Origin: Camelus ferus
Lineage: Eukaryota
DNA length: 64,000 nt
Direction: 5' to 3'
Assembly: GCF_009834535.1 (NCBI RefSeq)
Contig: NC_045713.1
Span: forward strand, 19,282,001-19,346,000
Position numbers and translations under genes: made by a program. Below the pieces are notes generated by a model. It was not told the origin of the DNA, did not search any database, and worked only from the letters and a program-made list of their open reading frames with translations. Positions within the stretch are counted from its first letter, which is position 1. Each line of letters starts with the position of its first letter. Shown in pieces: positions 28,822 to 41,982 of the stretch.

Positions 28822-30999
28822 CTCAGTGAGCTCTTCCAATCTTGTGATGTAGTGCCCTGTATGGGAGGGGAAGGGAAGGTGAGGATGGCTGTACTCCCAT
28901 CCCTTCTCTAGCCAGCAGAGGAGGGAGAGCTGCATCTCGGGTACCAAAGGGCCTTTACCCTCCTGTGGCTTGGTCTGCACTCATTTTCCTCACTTGCCTG
29001 CCATTCCCACCATCCAGTCAATCAATCATTGTTCATTTAGCAGTTGTATGTGGGGCGCCCAGTGAAGAGAAAGCAATCCAGGAATTGGCAGCCATCACTG
29101 CGATTTACTGAGCATCTACTATGTTCTAACATCAATGAACATATTTAATCTTACCATAACCTCAAAGGTTATTGAGCTCTTATGTGCCAGGATTGTATCA
29201 AAGTATTTTATGTATATTTTATGTATTTTATGTATATTAGTTTACGTGATCTTCACAAACAACCCTATTTCATGGAAGAGGATTTAGCATCTGAGGCAGA
29301 GATGCTAAATAACATGCCCAAGGCTTGCCTACCTAATAATTGTTGGGGTCAGAACTTGACCTCTGGCAGTCTAATTCCAGAGTCTATATCATTCTTGACA
29401 CTCTCTTCCTAGGTGCAGTTTTGTAGATGGAAAACCAAGTGCCAGAGAGGCCAAGTAACAGGTCTAAAGTCATACAACAAGCACTTCACAGAGCTGGAAG
29501 TGAATCTCAAAATCTGGCTGCAATTCTAGCCCTTGTGCCTACTACCTGATAAGCTGCCTATGATATAAACCACGAACACAAAGACTTTCAGAGCTAGAAG
29601 TCCCCAGGCCCTGAAACCATTACGTAGCAAGCGCCACCACAAACTCCTGTCCCAGGCACAGGCAGAATCAGTCACCTGAGGTGGATAGTCCTTGTGTCTT
29701 CTGCCTGGTCTCCCCAACTCCAGTACTCTTCCGAAACCCAGGAACTACCACCTGAAACCCAAGTCCCTCTCCTGCTCCAGAAGTTTCCATGCTCTCTGTA
29801 AGACTGCCTAGACTTTTTCAGTACCTACGTTTTTATTTCTAGCATTCCTTTTCTTAATGTTCCAGTTCTTTCTACATAATGTCCTGTGTTTGTTTTAAAG
29901 ACTGTTCCTTCTTCATCTCTGAACCTTTAAAATGGGCATTCTAATAAATTCTAATAAATGCTTTACAAGTAGCATCTCATTTCATCTTTATGACAATCCT
30001 ATGAGGAAGGTATGCTTAAATTATTATCACCTTATAGCTGAGAAGACTGAGGCACAGAGAAATTAAATACTTTAATTGCTAACTGACTTTAGGCTACTTA
30101 CTTAGCTCAAGGACCCTCAGTTTTCCCAGTTATAAAATAGCATTAGGGAGGAGGTAAGGTGTGGTTACTGTCATCTGTACAATGGGCTGAATTCTCCCAT
30201 GGCAGTGTCACCATGGAAGGATTCTTTGACTTATCTGTGTTTCTCCTGTAGGAGTCCCGTGAGTTTCCTGGGCCCCACTCACATCTCCTAGAGCCAGCCT
30301 GATTTGGCTTCTGCCACAGTCTTACATACTACATGGGGTTCTGACCCTTTTATTCATGAATTTCTCAGAGCAGGCTTTTGCCTCAGAGGTTTGGTCTGAA
30401 TCCAAGCCCACACTCTGGTGACCCTGAGGAATTCTAATTTCCTGCAGTAACTTTTTCCAAACTGCATTCCAAAGCCTGTGAATGGATTATTTTTCCCTCT
30501 GTCTTCCGTGCCCAGAGGAGACAGCCTTTTCACAGCTCCCAGCTTTGGGCAGGGGGCTTAGATTCAACTCTCTGCTATTCTTGGGCCCTCAGCCTTGACT
30601 TCTGTCCTCATGTGACTCCAATCCTAGGTATCTCAGCATTCCCATGGGCTGCCGCCTCGCTGTTGTGGCTTTGATTTCCCATTAAGAAAAAGAAAAGAAA
30701 GCAGTGTTTCTTGTTATATTTGCATAGGGTATGTTTGGAGTGTAGGAAGTGGGAAATGAACCTTCAGCATTTCCTTGGGCTTCCATCTTGGGCACATGGG
30801 CAAAAATAAAATAAAATAAATACATAAACATCCTAAATCCAGCTTAGAATTTACACCCACACCTTACCCCTCGGCTAACATAAGCTTTCCCTATCGCCAT
30901 AGTCCCCACCATTCTCTATTGCCTTTCCCCAGCCTGCTGCATTCATGGTTTCCTGCCTGAAGCACTGGAACACATGACTTCTGGTGAAAAAACATCCTT

Positions 31000-31125
31000 T
31001 TTTTTTTTCTTCTTTGGCGGGACATAATTAGGTTTGTTTTTTATTTTTAATGGAGGTACTGCGGATTGAACCTAGGACCTCATGCATGCTAAGCATGCAC
31101 CCTACCACTGAGCTGTACCCACTGC
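31000..31125 (-). mobile_element. tRNA-derived SINE (Vic-1-like)
   Basis: Antisense GGAGGTACTGCGGATTGAACCTAGGACCTCATGCATGCTAAGC...ACCACTGAGCT with T-rich tail. Confidence 0.85.
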
Positions 31126-32236
31126 ACCATCCTGCCTTCTTGAGGGTAAATTCATGTCTGGGTCTTTTCTGTGCCCTTGGTACCCAGCCAGGGGATGGCA
31201 AAGATCAGGAACTCAGGAAATGAGTGGGGGAAAGAGGAGTGAATGAAGGATTGTGGCAATTCCTGAGATTCAGGGATCAGGGAATGGAGCGACTCCTATG
31301 AGCATCCACCACCGAGGGAAGTCTCATGGGAAGATGAGGGACCGATGTGTGCTAACTCCAGCGTGGTGCTCTGGACGCACACTATCTGGATTTGAATCCC
31401 AGCTCCACTTGTTCCTGGCTGAGAGACTCAAGCTCTCTGTGCTGCAGTTTCCTGGTCTATAAAATAAGGATAAGCTACCTTAATGAGCCTTACATGAGAT
31501 GGAAAGCACAAGACAGTGGCATAGGGGGCACTCGGACATTAGCTATTATTACTATTTGGCACTGATTAAGGGCCTACTGTGTGCCAGGAGCCAGAGGGCA
31601 CCCAGACCGTTTGGACTGGGACTTTTTCCAGTGCAAGGACCTGCTCAGAAGAAAGCCACATTCTAAAGCTTCTCAACTTCCCACTCCATGAACTTTTTTT
31701 TTTTTTTTTTTTTTGGCAGGGGCTAGACTTTTGGCATAGCTCTGGAGTGAGATTTAGGGAGAAGGAGGCTTGAGGGAAGTTTCAGACCCTCAGGGTCACT
31801 CCTGGTTTGCAGTAATCTCCCAAGTGGGGCCCAAGGCTGCAGAAAGGACTTTGGTGCAAACTCTGCATCTCCAGCCTGGCAACAAAGAGTGGCTGAAGGT
31901 GTCCTGGGGCTGGGAGGTCCTTGGAGTCCCCTCTGTTCTTGGGAAACAGCCCCACCTGCTGGGGGTGTGTGCCTTCAATCTTGGCCTTTGGCTGAGTCTA
32001 CGTGGAGGACTTGGGATCTGGGCTGAGTTGGGGTCCACGTGTGGGGGATATTAATTTGGTAGAGGAGAGGGATGGGATGAGATGTGGGTGGTCGTCAAGA
32101 TGCTATATTGGATGGGTGTGCAAAGTACAAGTTATGTGAACGTTATATGTGTGAGAGACAGGTGGTACTGGGTGTATGCTGTGTGGGTATTACGTGTGAA
32201 GTGTGGTGTGGCATTTACGGTGTGAAGTGGCAGGGG

Positions 32237-32674
32237 TGTGAAAATGAATAAAGGGAAACCTCATCAAAATAGAGTCGGAAGGCTAGAAGCAGGGGGAGCT
32301 TTCACACAGTACCACTCGTCATCAATTATAGGAAGAATTGTCAGTAAAGACCCCAACAGAAGAATCATGGACAGGAGAGAATCATCAGTTACAGGTCCCA
32401 ACAGGAAAAGATATACGTTGCATCTCCTAGAAGAAGTCCACTACCCCAGTAACTCAGGCTACGAGAAACCATCATTATCCTGAACTCTCACTTTTTCCCA
32501 ATGGACTTTCATTCAAAACAACCCTTCCCAACATCCTCCCTTTTCTCTTCTTTGTTTGACTGGTCAATGGCTTTTTGCTATAGCTTACTTGTCCTGAATT
32601 GCAATTCCTCTGCTATACCTGAATAAACCCATTCTTGCTGGTAAAATAGCTGACTTTTATTCTTAAGGTCAACA
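32237..32674 (+). mobile_element. Solo ERV LTR (~440 bp)
   Basis: TGTGAAAAT...GGTCAACA termini; AATAAA ~32622; near-TSD GGGG/GGGT; interrupts a GT-rich low-complexity tract. Confidence 0.7.
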
Positions 32675-32800
32675 GGGTCATGCAGTTGAAGGCAATATGG
32701 GGGTGTCTGTGTTGTGTTGGGGTGCACGTTAAACAGGAGTTGTAGTTGTGCGGAGGATATGGTAGCCTCTGAGGAATGTGATGTCATTCATTGGTGGGTG

Positions 32801-33788
32801 TGTTGGGGAAATATAATGAAAAAACAAAGTCTTCTTCCAACCCAGAAAACCTCTCCACAGAGATAGTAGGGACAGAAAACAGTTTTATTATTGAATAGGC
32901 ATTAAACCAGAATGCAATGCATATCACAGGCAATCCGCTAAGACTGATTGCAAAGGCAGAATGAAATCTTACCCTCTTATATATAGCCAAGCAGGTACAA
33001 CCCATTATCCTGTTTTCAGGATAAATTTTCAAAGACCCACCTTTCTCTCTTCCGACCACAATGCTATGAGACTAGAAATCAACGACAAGGAAAAAAACTG
33101 CAGAAAAACACAAACACGTGGAAGCTACACAACATGCTACTAAACGACCAATGGATCACTGAGAAAAATCAAAGAGGAAATCAAGATACCTAGAGATAAA
33201 TGAAAACAAAAACACCATCATCCCAAACCTATGGGACACAGCAAAAGCGGTTCTAAGAGGGAAGTTTGTAGCGATATAAGCTTACCTTAGGAAATAAGAA
33301 AAATCTTAAATAAATGGTCTAATATTACACTTTGAGCAATATTACAATAAGAACAAAACCCATACCTCGTTTTCAAGAGAAACAATAACTAGGCCTCAAG
33401 TAAGAGGGCTTGACAGCACCTTTTGTCACACATAGTTCATCCTAACTTTATCGTGGTGATTGATCGGCTTTTATCCGAGGGAGAAAAACTTTTCATCTGT
33501 TTTTGATGAGAGGTGGTTTTGTATATTGCAGCAAGGTCCCCAGGAAGTTAGGCTCATTCTCCCGCTGGAGCTGGGAGATCGGGAGGCTGAAAGCTATTTC
33601 TTGACGCTTGCATTTCAAAGAAGACTGATCCCAGGTCCTGGAGTTCCCGACTTACGGGCAAGAGGCTTATTCAGCCATTATCAAGACTTAACAAACATTT
33701 CGAAAGAAATTCTGAAAGACAAGGGAGGAAGAGGAGAAGTCACGTACCTTATTTTCAACAGGGAGAATTAAGTTTCCAGTTTTTCACA
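32801..33788 (-). mobile_element. Solo ERV1 LTR, MER34-like, containing an L1 fragment
   Basis: Minus-strand termini TGTGAAAA...CCCCAACA; minus-strand AATAAA ~32883-32888; stretches such as CCAGAAAACCTCTCCACA and CTTGACAGCACC.TTTGTCACACATAGTTCATCCTAA match the MER34 consensus as I remember it. Confidence 0.7.
33047..33332 (+). mobile_element. Internal LINE-1 ORF2 fragment
   Basis: Encodes SDHNAMRLEIN.KEK...W; continues with CTATGGGACACAGCAAAAGCGGTTCTAAGAGGGAAGTTT; no poly(A) tail. Confidence 0.85.
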
Positions 33789-34199
33789 TGTATTTGCCCT
33801 TCCAAGTGTTGTTTGTGAGGCGAGTGGTGCTTAGGCTTATATTGTGGGAGGGTGTCGCAAGGGTGTACGTTGCGTTGACTTTGCGCTTGAAGCTGTCTGT
33901 CTGGTGTGAGGGAGGGTGTGTATGCTGTTGGAGGTAATTCGGGGAGTTGCGTGGTGTTGAAGTCTTGGTCCAGGTTGTGTACTGTGTGGATTCTGCAAGT
34001 GAGGAGGGGTGTCTGCGAGGAATCGGTGTTGAACGGGATTATTCCGCCCACTTGTGGTTGGAGGATAGAAAGAAGAGGATACCCGTGTCGCCCGCTGTTT
34101 CTGGAAGCAATTTCCAGCCCGCCTCGCTCCTCTCTGTGGCCTGAGGACTAGCCGCCGGTAATTCCCAGGATGCTCTGCTCCTCCACCAACCAGGAAAAA

Positions 34200-34900
34200 G
34201 AATCTCTTTGATGGGCGGGGCTGGGAGAAGGCAAGAGAGGCAGCTCAGCCAATGGGTGAGCCGGGCCGAATCGAAACCTACGCCGATTGCGTTTAGGCTG
34301 ATTGGAATGTTTGGCGCCTTGGTTTCAGTGGTGAATGCATGATGGGCGGGTGCAGTGACCAGTGAAAAGGCGGGAGGCGGACCCAAAGGGTATGGGCGGG
34401 GTGAGGTGCAGACTAGCAGGCGGTTAGCCCAATGAAGGGCGGAAATCGCTGGAGGGGGCCGGGCGACTCGACCAGAGGCGGGCGACTGTCGCGTCCCGGT
34501 GTGTGCCATGGCGGAGCCGGTGAGGCAGCGGGGCCGGCGGCCCAGAGGCGGTGGTGTCGGCCGAGGGGCTCGGGGGTCCCGGGGCGGCCGGGGTCGGCGT
34601 CCTCGCTCCCAGGGATCTCCAGCCCGACGCACCCTGGACTCAGTGCTGGTGGACTTGGTCAGCGACAGCGATGAGGATGTCTTGGAGGTCGCAACGGCGT
34701 GCGGCTCTGCGGACCCGGTCGAGGTCCCGCTCCCGGAACCCCCTTTGCCGGCCGCACCCCGGGACGACAGCGACAGTGACAGCGAAGGGGAGGACGCACG
34801 GCCGGCTGGAGCCCCTCCGGTCCTGGTCAGGCGGCGGCGGAGGCTGCTACTGGATCCAGGCGAGGCACCGGCGGTTCCAGTGTACTCCGAGAAGGTGCAG
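34200..34900 (+). promoter_or_regulatory. NFATC2IP CpG-island promoter
   Basis: Several CCAAT/ATTGG boxes (~34249, ~34320, ~34429), GGGCGG boxes and dense CpG through exon 1. Confidence 0.75.
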
Positions 34901-37900
34901 CCGGACACCCGGGAGGGCTAGGCTTGGGAGTGCTGAGGATTGGGTTTTCTGGGGTTGGTCTTGGGGGACGAAAAGGAAGCAGAGGTAGGGCCTTGGAGCC
35001 AGAGAGGTGTCTGGGTTCATGGGGTTTCTGCAAATTGGGGAGGTGAAGGGGTTTGGATTGTGTTGGGAGTTTGGGATTCCCGGGAGCTGGAGTGTCAAGA
35101 GTTTAGAGAGGCCAAGGGACTGGGATCCCTGATGTTTTACAGAGGAGCTGAGAGGACCTGGGGCTGGGATTTGGGGCACGTTGGGTTTGAAAGGTTGAGG
35201 CCCATTACTAAGGATCCAGGAGAATGGGGGCTGGGGTCCCTGGAAGTTCAGGGAGGACTGGGGGCTCCAGGAGGCTGGAGTCCTCACGTGGTAGGGTATG
35301 TTAGAGGGGCTGGGATTTCCAAGGATTCTAAAATAGCTAGATGACTAGCACCCTCCTAAAAATGGGAAACTACGCTTGTATCCTTATAGTGCATCAGGGA
35401 AAGGGGTGTAGGAGTCAGGGTATCCAATTCTGGATCCTGGGTAAGCTGAGCTTCTGAGTCCCTGTGAGAGGGCTGTGAGGTCTACATCCTTAGGGAGAAC
35501 GTGGGAGCTAGAGGAGACCTGAATGGGATGGAAGAATCGACCCCAGTTTTCCCTTTAAGTGGAGGGAGGCTTTGGGACTGATCTACTTTTTCTTTGCAGG
35601 TGAAAAGCAGCCTCCACCTCATCCCAGATCACATGTCCCTCTTGAAATTCTGTCCCCCAGGGACTGAGGAAGGTAAGGGAGGGCTTCCAGGGAGAGGTGT
35701 CCAGCGCTGGGCTCTCTGAGACTTTCTGGAGTTTTACATCCCTGTAGTTAGTTGTTCCCTGAGGCTAGGGGAAGGAAACGGGAGAGGTGACTCCTGCATC
35801 CTAGCCTCCTGAAAGGAGCTGGATTGTTAACCAGAAGGCACAGAAAGTACTGTCAAAAAAAAAAAATCTTCCCCCAACTCTAATAGACATAAGAAGGTGC
35901 TAATACACTGATTTCCAGGTTCTATCCTCAGAGATTCTGATTCTGTAATCCTGGAGGCTGGGGAGGAGGAGGTGTTGAGAACCTGTAATATCTTGTTATA
36001 TCTGCAGCAAGTTTCTCGGGAACACTCTGGAGCCAACAGGATGTTCTTTGAATCTTATCAGGGCTGCCCAGCCTTTGTCCTCCCCGAGTGATGTGACTTT
36101 TGCAAACCATTCAAGGGCAGTGAATAGGAATCAAGTCTAACAAAGAAGTGATCCAGTGGGAAAATGCAGACCTTGGACTAAGACTTCTGTACCATGAGGG
36201 AGTATGGCAGGACGATTAAGAGCTGATTCAGGAACTAGCTGGCCTGGGTTTGGAGTCCCAGTTCCACCCCTTAGTAGCTGTGTGACCTTGGGTGAATTAA
36301 TCTCTCAATGTTTCAATTTCCTCATCAGCAAAATGGGGCTAAGTTATGGACCTAGGTCAGAGGGTTTTGATGACAAGTAGAATATATAGAAAGCCCCCTC
36401 GTGGGCTACATATATGGTTTAGTACAGTACCTGGAACATAGAATTACAAGGATACCTTTGTCCTTGCTACTTAAAATGTGGGCCCAGGAGTGTTGAGCAT
36501 CCCCAGGAGCTTATCAGAAATGCAGAATCTCAGGCCTCTGGCAGCTACTAGGACAGGGTTCCTCAGCCTCAGTGCTACTGACGTTTGGACTGGATAATTC
36601 TTTGTGTGGGGCTGTCCTGTGCATTGTGGGATGTTTAGCAGCATACTGACCTCTACCCACCGGATGCCAGGATCACACCCCAACCCCCTCCCCCTCTCAT
36701 TGTGACAACCGAAATTGTCTCCAGACATTGCCACATGTTCTCAGGGAGGCAAAATTGCCTCTGGTTGAGAACCACTGATCTAGGATTTATTATCAGTGTT
36801 GTGTAATCACAGTATTTATTTTTATGGTTAATGATGATCTTTTATTGTGGCAAGCAAATGGAAAAGAGCTGTATTCTAGAATAGTACCTGGTTTCCTTTG
36901 ATTAGGCATTTAAGTTAAATTGAGTAATTTGAAGGGAGGGGGTATAGCTCAAGTGGTACAGTGCGTGCTTAGCATGCACGAGGTCCTGGGTTCAATCCCC
37001 AGTACCTCCTCTGAAAATAAATAAATAAGTAAACCTAATTACCACTCTCCCCAAACAAACAAAAACAATGAGTTATTTATTTATTTATTTTATTTTGGGG
37101 GAGGTAATTAGATTTACTTATTTATTTTTGGAGGAGGTACTGGGAAATGAGGTACTGGGAAATGAACCCAGGACCTCATGCATGCTAAGCACATGCTCTA
37201 CCACTTGAGCTATACCCTCCCCAACAATTAGTAATTTAAAGAAAGGTGTTAAATAATACAGAGATACGTCAAAATATGATAATGACGCTCACATGGATGA
37301 AATTTGAGAAACATGAGCTTAGCAGGCCTGTACTTACCTCTTTACCTCATCCCCTCCCCCACCACCCCAAGACTCACATATTCTCTCTGTGCCCATCAAC
37401 TTGAGAATGGAAAGAAAATAAGAGAAATATTTTTTTAAAAAATCATCCTTTGACAACATTTGTTGTAATGTATGTTTTATACCATATATACTAATATGTA
37501 CATGTATGGTAAGTACGGTGTGTGTGTATATTAAGTAAATATATACTTTCTAGGTTGTGTGCTCAGTGTTGTTCATTTGTGGGGTGCAGGTGATCACAAG
37601 TGAGCAGAGCGCTGCTTCAGTTGGGGTGGGCCACCTTCCGACAGTCTGTACACTGTCTCCTGCCTTAGTGCAAGGCTCGGACTCTCCTGCTCTATGTCAG
37701 ACTCCAGCTCATCCTTTTCTCCGACTTAGGCATCCTTGTCTCCGAGTTAGGCATTCCCCTTTTGACTCATGTCCCTGGAGCCCTTCCCTAGTATCATTGT
37801 GTGGTCATGTGTGTCTGGGGGCCCTTTAGTCTCCTCCTTCCTCAGAACCTTCTGAAGCCCCTGACTTGTCTCTCCTTGGCTTTCCACTGCCCTCTCTTGG

Positions 37901-40900
37901 CTAACCCTTAACACTCCTCCCCCCCGGCCCCCTGACCGTCCCCAGAGCCGGACATAGCAGATTCCAGCAGTCCCCGTGCTGAGGATTCCCCATGTCCAGA
38001 GTCTCCCTGGAAGAAGAAGCTGAGGAGTAAGGATGGAGAAGAGAAGAAAAAGGTGTTACCGTGAGTGAGGCAAGGGCTCTGGGGCCATCGGAGCAGAAAG
38101 GGAGTTGGTGGGGTAGGCTGAGGGGGGCAGGACCCTTGGCTAGCTCCTGAAGGGGTAAGGAGAAGGGATAGAAGGAGTCTGGAGGCGCCAGTGAGGAATG
38201 AAGCTCTTGGGAAAAGAAGTGGTCCCCACCTGCGGAGGACAGCAGACCCTCAGGACCCTGCAGCGGGAGTGTTTCAGCTTTTTGTCTAAGATGGTCATGA
38301 TGCAGGGGTGAAGGGAGTAGCTCAAGACCTCCCTGTGGTTCAGATCCTGCCAGCTGGCTCTTAACTATCCTCTCTGTACATCAATTTCCTCTTCTATAAA
38401 ATGGGGATAATAGTGGTACCCATGTCAGAAATTTTGAGTAGATTAGAGTGAACCGTTGGCATATAATAAGTGCTTGGTGTCTTTTGGATGTTATCAGACA
38501 TTGACCTGGGAAGTCACTTTTCTTAAAAGTTAGGAATCCTCCTCCCTCATATTTGGGTCATATAAATACAAAAATGATGACTCAGATTTCTCCTGTCCTT
38601 ACCTTCCCCTATCTTCCAGTAAGATGGATGTCACCAGAAGGTGCTCCCTTCTGATTCTCCAGGTCCCTCTCTGGTCCCCAGGGGTCTATAGCCCATGAAG
38701 AGAGGTGTGGGGCTGGGGTCTCACCTTGTTCTCCATCCTGTTCCTTGTTTGTCTGCAGGGTTGAGGACACCTCTCCTTTGCCCCCACCTCCACCACGAAC
38801 CAAAAGCAGAAAGCATACTCGGGCACTCCAGAAGTTAAGGTGCCAAGGGCAAGGGGCTCTGGACTGGAGTGGAAAGGGGCAATATGGAGGTGGGCCCACC
38901 CTGGCTGACCCCAAGTCCTTTCTGCACCCCAGGGAAGTGAACAAGCGCCTCCAAGACCTCCGTTCCTCTCTGAGTCCCAAGCAGCCCCAGGGCCAGGAGC
39001 ACCTGAGCCAAGAGGATGAAGTGGTCCTGGTAGAGGGGCCCACTCTCCCAGAGAACCCCCGAGTCTTGCGGCTCAAAATCCGGTGCCGGGCTGACCTGGT
39101 CAGATTGTCCATCAAAATGGTAAGTGCCTGACGGGTCTGAGAGAAGGGTTCCCAGAAGCTGCGTGTGGAGAGACGGTGGTGTCCGGGCAGAAGGGACCAT
39201 GTCTTCCTTTGCCCACCATGTCGTCTGGAGCTGCCCTGCGCTCTCAGCGCCCCCGCCTTTGTGCTCACTGTTCCCTTTGTCCAGATTTTTTCCTCCTCCT
39301 CCCCTCTCTTTCTGGGAAACTTCCCACCCTTTTTTTTTTTTAATTTTTTTTGAGGGGTGGTAATTAGGTTTACTTACATATTTATTTTTAGAGGAGGTAC
39401 TGGGGATTGAACCCAGGACCCTGTGCTTGCTAAGCATGGGCCCTACCACTTGAGCTATACTGCCCCGCCCTCCCCGCGCCCCCCCCCCCCAATTCTTCAA
39501 GGCTCCACTTAAACATCCTAAGAAGCTTTGCTTGGTGGGGCCTCCCCAGGGATGTGTCCCTCCCTCTTTCCTTCCCTTAGACCCTGTGTTTCTCTCTCGT
39601 GCTTGCTTTTACTGCATTGGACCCCCAGATGTCACTCGGTCCTTCCAAGCTCCCCTGGCTTCTGGTGAAGACTCCTGTTTTTGTAGGGATGACCCCAATT
39701 CTAAACCAAGAATTGATAACAGAAATGACCATTTAGTGCATTGGGCAAGCAACTAAGCCAGAGCTTGCAAACTAGCAGCCTGTGGCCTGATCAACAGCAC
39801 ATCTGTTGCACTGTAGGGTGCTTTTAAAACATAGGCGTTCACGGCCAACCTTTGCAATGGGCAATTTCAGACCAAGATCAAGATTTCCAGTTTCTCTTAA
39901 ACAGGAAGATGCAGTACCTGGCCGGTGTTCCCACGTGGTACCAATCAGCTGGAGCTTCAGAACAGCTGGCCTGTTTAGATGAGGCATATCCGGTTCTGAT
40001 TTGCTGCAGTCCCCACTGTTCCCTTTCTTCTCCTAACCCATGGCTGCTTCGTTTCTTTGTGTCACTTGCCTGAACCCCTCATTGACATGATTTTATTCTG
40101 TGCCTTGCCAGGTCGATCTGGTGGACCTCACAGCTGAGGAGTTCAGAGAGTGGTTAAGGACAGAAACTGGGCGAGGATTGACAGGGAGCACACAGGCAGG
40201 AAGGCTTCCTTTGCTTCTTGTCCCCCTCCCAGTCGGAGCCCCTACAGAGTGTGGTGGACCACATGGCCGCCCGTCTCGGGGTGTCCCCAAGCAGGATCCT
40301 CTTGCTCTTCGGAGAAACAGAGCTGTCCCCTACCGCCACCCCCAGGACCCTAAAGCTTGGAGTGGCTGACATCATTGGTGAGACGAAGGCAGGGAGGCTT
40401 GAGGAGGCTTTTCCACAGGGAGGGGCTGTGGGGAGAGGCCCGAAGGGGGTCCTGCTTCCAAACCCCACTCAGGCCTGGCTTCCTCATCCTGCCTCTTGCA
40501 GATTGTGTGGTGCTGGCAAGTTCTCCAGAGGCTGCGGAGACGTCCCAACTGCTCCAGCTGCGAGTGCAGGGGAAGGAGAAGCACCAGATGCTGGAAGTCT
40601 CGCTGCCTCGAGTGAGTGGGAGAGGTGGCTCTCGGTACCCCTGCCCATGCCCTCCGCTGTCTCTCTTGTCAGTTGGTGGAGGGTGGAGTCACCACTTTCT
40701 GTGGTCTTGGGTTCCCGCCCATCCTAGATGGTGGGAAAAGCCCAGGGTTCAGCTTCCCTCCCTCTTCTGCTGGGAACCTCGGCTCTGGTCTCCTAACTCC
40801 TTCTCCTGGTTAGAGTGGAAATCACCCTTGGACAGTAACCAGGAAAGCCCATCAAAGTAACAGGCACACTTCAAAGAGAAGTGGACAGTCCTCGTGCTAA

Positions 40901-41982
40901 GGATGGTTACATTCAGGGTGTTAGTGAATTTCGCAACAATCTCACATGGGAACGCACTGCAGTTACCCTCATTTAACAGATAAGGACTCCAATATCCACA
41001 GAAGTGGAGTAACTTGCTGTATTAGTTTCCCAGGGCTGCTGTAACAAAATACGACAGACTGGGTGGCTTCAAACAATAGAAATGTATTCTCTCCCAGTTT
41101 TGGAGACTCGAAGTCCGAAGTCAAGTTGTCGGCAGGGTCATGCTCCCTCTGAGACTCTGGGTAGAATCCTTCCCTGCTCCCTCTCAGCTTCTGGTGGTGG
41201 CTGGCAACCTTGGGGTCCCTTAGCTCATGGCATCACTCCAATCTCCACTTCTTTTATCACATGACATTCTCCCGGGTGTCTCCCTTTATGTCTGTTTTCT
41301 CTTCATATGAGGGCACCAGTCCAATTGCCTTAGTGCTCACTGTGTGTCCCATCGCGTATGACCTCATCTTAACCTGATCACATCTTCCAAACAAGGTCAC
41401 ATTCACGTTTACCAGGGGTGAGGATCACCAGTAATCTTTTGGGTGCAGTGGGGACACAGTCAACCCATAGCTCTTGTCTAAGGTCGCATGTCCAGTTCAG
41501 TGGGAACGCCTGGCCCCCAGCTCTGATCACACTCACCCCAGAGCCCAGGCTGGCTTCCTCATGGTCATACATGCCTCCACTGGTGGGAGAGACTGGCCTT
41601 GGAGAACCTGCCCATCCAGAGCCGACATCCCAGCCCTGGGCTCTGTGGCCCAGCTCCCTAGTGAGGAACCTAGTGAGGAACCGGCTGTGCTGGCTTCTTT
41701 GATCACTCGCCTTCCCTCTGTGATCCTTTGTCCTCCCTGTCCCAAGTCCTCCGTCCATCCCTACAAGTTCTCCTCAGCCCCTCTTTTCAAATTCTTATAT
41801 CCATTTTTTCCCTCTCCCTCCAGGATTCTCCTCTCAAGAACCTCATGTCCCGCTACGAGGAGGCCATGGGACTCTCGGGCCACAAGCTCTCTTTCTTCTT
41901 TGATGGGACAAAGCTTTCAGGCAAGGAGCTGCCAGCTGATCTGGGCATGGAATCCGGGGACCTCATTGAGGTCTGGGGCTGA
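34508..41982 (+). CDS. NFATC2IP: NFATC2-interacting protein (NIP45; Rad60/Esc2 family, two SUMO-like domains), 418 aa
   Basis: Exons: 34508-34894, 35600-35672, 37946-38060, 38759-38839, 38933-39119, 40233-40377, 40502-40611, 41824-41982; total 1257 nt, in frame. RG-rich N-terminus, VDLVSDSDEDV, KIRCRADLVRL, FFFDGTKLSGKELPADLGMESGDLIEVWG*. Confidence 0.97.
36554..36777. mobile_element. MER20 (hAT) DNA transposon remnant beside a MER5-like fragment
   Basis: CAGGGTT..TCAGCC...GGTTGAGAACCACTG termini; GGGGCTGTCCTGTGCATTGTGGGATGTTTAGCAGCAT core. Confidence 0.8.
36934..37222. mobile_element. Tail-to-tail inverted pair of Vic-1-like SINEs (+ 36934-37066; - 37073-37222)
   Basis: GGTATAGCTCAAGTGGTACAGTGCGTGCTTAGCATGCACGAGGTCCTGGGTTCAAT followed within ~10 nt by its approximate reverse complement. 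Confidence 0.9.
39328..39465 (-). mobile_element. tRNA-derived SINE (Vic-1-like)
   Basis: Antisense GAGGTACTGGGGATTGAACCCAGGACC...CCACTTGAGCTATAC with T-rich tail. Confidence 0.85.
41018..41469. mobile_element. MLT1 (MaLR) solo LTR in NFATC2IP intron 7
   Basis: TGTATTAGTTTCCCAGGGCTGCTGTAACAAAATAC..AGACTGGGTGGCTT start and GGGACACAGTCAACCCATA end are typical of MLT1. Confidence 0.8.

Noticed and set aside
34039-34908. 289-aa minus-strand ORF
   Set aside because: GC-rich antisense shadow of NFATC2IP exon 1 and promoter; low-complexity, no recognisable protein.
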